39,775 nucleotides of DNA from Thermoplasmata archaeon (lineage in GTDB: Archaea > Thermoplasmatota > Thermoplasmata > Lutacidiplasmatales > UBA184): positions 1-39,775 of the forward strand of contig JASHTB010000067.1 of NCBI GenBank assembly GCA_030040775.1. Direction: 5' to 3'. The notes below the pieces were generated by a model that worked only from the letters and a program-made list of their open reading frames with translations, made no database searches and was not told the origin of the DNA. Both the position numbers and the translations under genes were made by a program. The first letter of the stretch is position 1. Every line of letters begins with the position of its first letter. Below are positions 36,748 to 39,775 of this stretch, in pieces.

Positions 36748-37146
36748 CTACAGGATGATCGACGAGGCGGCCGCGATCCGCGGCCAGCGCTCGGCGGCCT
36801 CCTTCGCCACCGGCCCCTTGATCTGCGAGCCCTTGATCTCGCCGGTCTCGGTTGTGATGACCGCGGCGTTGTCCTCGAACTGGAGGCGCGTGCCGTCCGG
36901 GCGACGGATCGGAGAGCGCGCGCGGACGATGACCGCGTGCAGGACCTGACGGCGCATCTCGGGGGTCCCCTTCTTCACCGAGACGATGACGAGGTCGGCG
37001 ATCCCGGCGCGGGGGTAGCGGCGGTGCGTCCCATGCCAGTTGCGGACGCTGATGATCTCGACGACCTTCGCTCCGGTGTTGTCGACGCACTCGAGACGGG
37101 CTCCCTTCGGGAGGCCGCGACCGCGGCGGCCGGGAAGTCCCTTCAC
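36748..37146 (-). CDS. rpl14: 50S ribosomal protein uL14
   Basis: [37 protein letters not shown]. Confidence 0.98.
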   Translation of the reverse strand: MKGLPGRRGRGLPKGARLECVDNTGAKVVEIISVRNWHGTHRRYPRAGIADLVIVSVKKGTPEMRRQVLHAVIVRARSPIRRPDGTRLQFEDNAAVITTETGEIKGSQIKGPVAKEAAERWPRIAAASSIIL

Positions 37147-37568
37147 GGCGCCTCCTCGGGCGGGGCCGCCGCAACCGCCGGCACCGCCTCCTCACCGCGG
37201 ACCCGGTGGGTCGCCTCTCCGAGGTCCTCCACGATGCAGAACGAGACGAGCTTCGAGAGCGGGCGGGTCTCCGCGATGCGGACCCGGTGGCCGACCGGGA
37301 CGTTCAGGCACGGCGGCGCGTGGGCGAGATAGCGACGCCGGCGCTTCTCGTACCGTTCGAACTTCGGGACGTAATGAAGAAGGGTCCGCTCGACGACGGC
37401 GGTCCGTTGCATCGCGGTCGAGACGACCGTGCCCTCCAGGACCTGACCGCGGAGGGGAAGGCGTCCGTGGAACGGACAGTGCCGGTCCTCGCACGTCGCC
37501 TTCGGCGCGCGGACGTCGAGGCCGACGTCCCGGCCCCGGCGAGCACGCGGCGTACGGACGGGAGTCAT
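37143..37568 (-). CDS. rps17: 30S ribosomal protein uS17
   Basis: [29 protein letters not shown]. Confidence 0.97.
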   Translation of the reverse strand: MTPVRTPRARRGRDVGLDVRAPKATCEDRHCPFHGRLPLRGQVLEGTVVSTAMQRTAVVERTLLHYVPKFERYEKRRRRYLAHAPPCLNVPVGHRVRIAETRPLSKLVSFCIVEDLGEATHRVRGEEAVPAVAAAPPEEAP

Positions 37569-37891
37569 CGGAACCTCTTCGGGCCGCCCGCGAGCAGACG
37601 CTTGGTGCGGTCCTCGGGCCGCACGCGAAGGGTGTCGCCTCTTAACGGTAACTCTCGCGCGGCGAGGACGATCGTCCCCGTGAGGCCGGCCTTCGGCACA
37701 CGCACCGTGCGCCGACGACCCTCGAGACGGACGAGGAAGGTGGAGAGGGTCTCGTCGACGAGGGTGCCCCGGACCGGCGCCGCGAGCGCCCGGGAAGCCT
37801 CGAGGGCAACCGATGCCCCCAGAATCTCCCCCGCGAGCGCCTCGCGCTCGACGCGCGGGAGCGGTCTCGAGGCACCGGATCCCTTCGGCAT
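37565..37891 (-). CDS. rnp1: Ribonuclease P protein component 1 (Rpp29/POP4)
   Basis: EILG, GTLVDET, VPK, RPEDR; canonical position between rpl29 and rps17. Confidence 0.88.
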   Translation of the reverse strand: MPKGSGASRPLPRVEREALAGEILGASVALEASRALAAPVRGTLVDETLSTFLVRLEGRRRTVRVPKAGLTGTIVLAARELPLRGDTLRVRPEDRTKRLLAGGPKRFR

Positions 37892-37910
37892 CGGCTCACC
37901 TCGTCGCCCC

Positions 37911-38135
37911 CTACGGACGGCGGCTCCCCCGGGTCCCGGCGGATCGCTCGCTCAGCACCGTCAGGGCCCGCGCCACGTTCGTGCGCAGGGCGCGCATACG
38001 CCCCGGGCTCGGAGGGGCCCCTCCCATCGCCGCGACGCCGCGCTCCCGTAAGAGGTCGTTCTCGACCTCCGCGATCCGGCGACGCAGCTCGTCGTCCGAG
38101 AGCGAGCGGAGTTCCTTCATGCGGAGAAGCGTCAC
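37911..38135 (-). CDS. rpl29: 50S ribosomal protein uL29
   Basis: LRMKELRSLS, GGAPPSPGRMRALRTNVARALT. Confidence 0.96.
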   Translation of the reverse strand: MTLLRMKELRSLSDDELRRRIAEVENDLLRERGVAAMGGAPPSPGRMRALRTNVARALTVLSERSAGTRGSRRP

Positions 38136-38818
38136 GAAACCTCCGGGCTCGGACCCTCGGCCTCGGGCACCGTCGCCTCCTCGACCGAGGGGACCTCGGC
38201 CGCGACCGGCTTCGGCCGCTCCTCGACGCCCTTCACGACGATCTCGTCCGGAAGCTTCGCCGTCGGGCGCATGATCCAGACGTTGACCCCGATGACGCCG
38301 GGCTTCAAACGGGCTTGGTAGAACCCTTTGTCGATCCAGAGGTGGACCGCCTCGCCGCAGTACTTGATCGTCCCGGCTTTGAACCGCTCGGTCCGGTGTC
38401 GCTCGCCGGTGAGCTTTCCCGAGAGGATCACCTGGCAGCCGCGGGCCCCGGCCTCCATGATCCGCCGCACGGTCGAGTGACCGGCGCGCCGGAAGTGCCA
38501 GCCGCGCTCGAGCGTCGAGGCGAGCTTCTCGCTCATCAGCTGGGCGTTCAGGCTCGGCTGGCGTTCCTCCTGCACCTCGATCTGGGGGTTGTCGAGCTGG
38601 AAGCGCGCTTGGATGTCGTCGGTGAGCCTCTTGATGAGCTCGCCCCGGTGGCCGATCAGGATTCCGGGCCGCTCGCAGATGAGCGTGACCCGCGTACCCA
38701 TCGGTGTCCGGGTGATCTCGAGCCCGCCGAAGCCGGCGCGCGCGCTCTCCTGGACGAGGTAGTCCTTCAGCAGGACCCGGCGCATCTGCTCCTGAATGAC
38801 CTTGCGCTCGGCGCTCAC
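38132..38818 (-). CDS. rps3: 30S ribosomal protein uS3
   Basis: RTPMGTRV, RPGILIG, LERGWHFRRAG, GCQVILSGKL, KPGVIGV. Confidence 0.98.
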   Translation of the reverse strand: MSAERKVIQEQMRRVLLKDYLVQESARAGFGGLEITRTPMGTRVTLICERPGILIGHRGELIKRLTDDIQARFQLDNPQIEVQEERQPSLNAQLMSEKLASTLERGWHFRRAGHSTVRRIMEAGARGCQVILSGKLTGERHRTERFKAGTIKYCGEAVHLWIDKGFYQARLKPGVIGVNVWIMRPTAKLPDEIVVKGVEERPKPVAAEVPSVEEATVPEAEGPSPEVS

Positions 38819-39273
38819 GCCTCCTCCTTGCGCTCGGCGAGGACGATCTCGATGTTCGTCGTCTGTTCGTTCCAGTTGGTCGCCCGTCCGTGGGCGCGCG
38901 GCATGGTCGCCTTGAGGATCCGACCGCGCCCGCTCGCGGCGACCTTCACGTAGAGGCGCTCGGCGTCCAGGCCATCGTACTCGGCGTTCTCCTCGGCGTT
39001 CGACAGGACCTTCAGCACGTTCCGCGCCACCTTCACGGGGAAGCGGCCGGGTCCGACGCCGCGGTGGTGGGCGGTCTCCTGGTTGTAGCGTCGGAACGGC
39101 ACGGCGCGCTTGAGCGCGACGGCGTCCTCGAGGATCGTGCGCGCCTCCTCGACCGAGCGACCCCGGATCGCGTTCAGGACCTCGTAGGTCTTCTTCGGAG
39201 AGATCGGGACCTCGATGCCCCGGGCCCGCGCGACGTTCACGCCCCGTTCGTCGCGATAGGTGTACCCGCGCAT
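38815..39273 (-). CDS. rpl22: 50S ribosomal protein uL22
   Basis: ISPKK, VPFRRYN, GRFPVK, NAEENAE, PRAHGRAT. Confidence 0.97.
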   Translation of the reverse strand: MRGYTYRDERGVNVARARGIEVPISPKKTYEVLNAIRGRSVEEARTILEDAVALKRAVPFRRYNQETAHHRGVGPGRFPVKVARNVLKVLSNAEENAEYDGLDAERLYVKVAASGRGRILKATMPRAHGRATNWNEQTTNIEIVLAERKEEA

Positions 39274-39289
39274 CGTCGCCGTCCCCCCC

Positions 39290-39715
39290 TCACTTCAGCG
39301 GCATGAATTTCGACGAGCGCGTCGCGCCGACGCCCGGGCCCGAGTGCTTCTCGAACCGCCGGGTGAGAGAGAACTCCCCGTAGTAGTGCCCGATCATTTC
39401 CGGCCGGATCTCTACTTCGGTGAACGTCTTGCCGTTGTGGACGGCGACCCGTCGTCCGACGTGGTCGGGCAGGACGAGCGCGTCCCGGCAGTGCGTGCGG
39501 ACCACCTTCTCCTTCGGCGTCGACCTGAGGCGCTCGAAGAACTCGCTCGTCTCCGTATTGAACCCGCGCCGGATCGAGCGCCGGGCGCGCGCGGTCAGGA
39601 TCGAAGCGAGCTGTTCCAGGCTCATCGCCTGGAGCTCGGGGAGCGTGTGGCCGCGATAGGTGAACTCCCGCTTTCGCCGGGCCTCGACCTTCTTCGCGCG
39701 ACGGGCCCTCGGCAT
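39290..39715 (-). CDS. rps19: 30S ribosomal protein uS19
   Basis: FTYRG, RTHCRD, HNGKTF, PEMIGHYYGEF, PGVGATRSSKFMPLK. Confidence 0.98.
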   Translation of the reverse strand: MPRARRAKKVEARRKREFTYRGHTLPELQAMSLEQLASILTARARRSIRRGFNTETSEFFERLRSTPKEKVVRTHCRDALVLPDHVGRRVAVHNGKTFTEVEIRPEMIGHYYGEFSLTRRFEKHSGPGVGATRSSKFMPLK

Positions 39716-39718
39716 CGC

Positions 39719-39775
39719 CTAGACCCCTCCCTCTCGCTCGAGTCGACGCTTCTTGCGGATCGAGCGGGAGAACCG
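39719..39775 (-). CDS. 3' end of the upstream gene, probably uL2 (…RFSRSIRKKRRLEREGGV*)
   Basis: Open frame from the window edge to TAG 39719; basic tail; canonical position upstream of rps19. Confidence 0.65.
   Translation of the reverse strand, partial: RFSRSIRKKRRLEREGGV

Noticed and set aside
26141-37195. Apparent giant or fusion ORFs (26141..27685, 27094..28065, 27639..29567, 30320..32056, 32127..33065, 36110..37195; also 63..1958, 9068..10480, 18075..19571, 22491..23078)
   Set aside because: Only the C-terminal parts match real proteins. The N-terminal parts are stop-free off-frames over neighbouring genes, and better internal starts exist.
1-39775. Many long overlapping or antisense ORFs in the track (e.g. 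117..1217, 2304..3860, 10956..12488, 22766..24139, 30035..31099)
   Set aside because: They are Arg/Pro/Gly-rich shadow frames of well-supported genes, expected in DNA this GC-rich, and carry no recognisable motifs.

Overview
Gene-dense, very GC-rich (roughly 70% by eye) archaeal chromosome segment, most likely from a Thermoplasmata lineage. That placement is inferred from the archaeal informational genes, the long SecY and the absence of L34e/L14e from the operon. The right third (about 26.1-39.8 kb, minus strand) is the S10/spc ribosomal superoperon, running from the probable rpl2 3' end through rps19...rpl15, secY, a DUF106/EMC3 insertase, cmk and cbf5. The left two-thirds is mixed housekeeping and metabolism: nadB, prs, signal peptidase, cyclase/KynB, rps6e-eIF2gamma-Trm112, prepilin peptidase, MCM B12 subunit-MeaB-methyltransferase, FKBP, GT2/GT4/epimerase, AlaX, PCNA, thiolase, Bcp and an MMPL transporter. 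I saw no tRNA, rRNA, CRISPR array or mobile element. The most unusual items are: (1) a stand-alone tandem Cas4-like PD-(D/E)XK protein with one active-looking and one degenerate domain, each ending in its own 4-Cys cluster; (2) a CysRS-like protein lacking the C-terminal anticodon domain, which may be an MshC-like tRNA-independent Cys ligase; (3) two unannotated single-TM microproteins of about 43 aa; (4) pervasive disordered tails on ribosomal proteins, including an RGG tail on uS5. All assignments come from motif recognition by eye; no searches were run.
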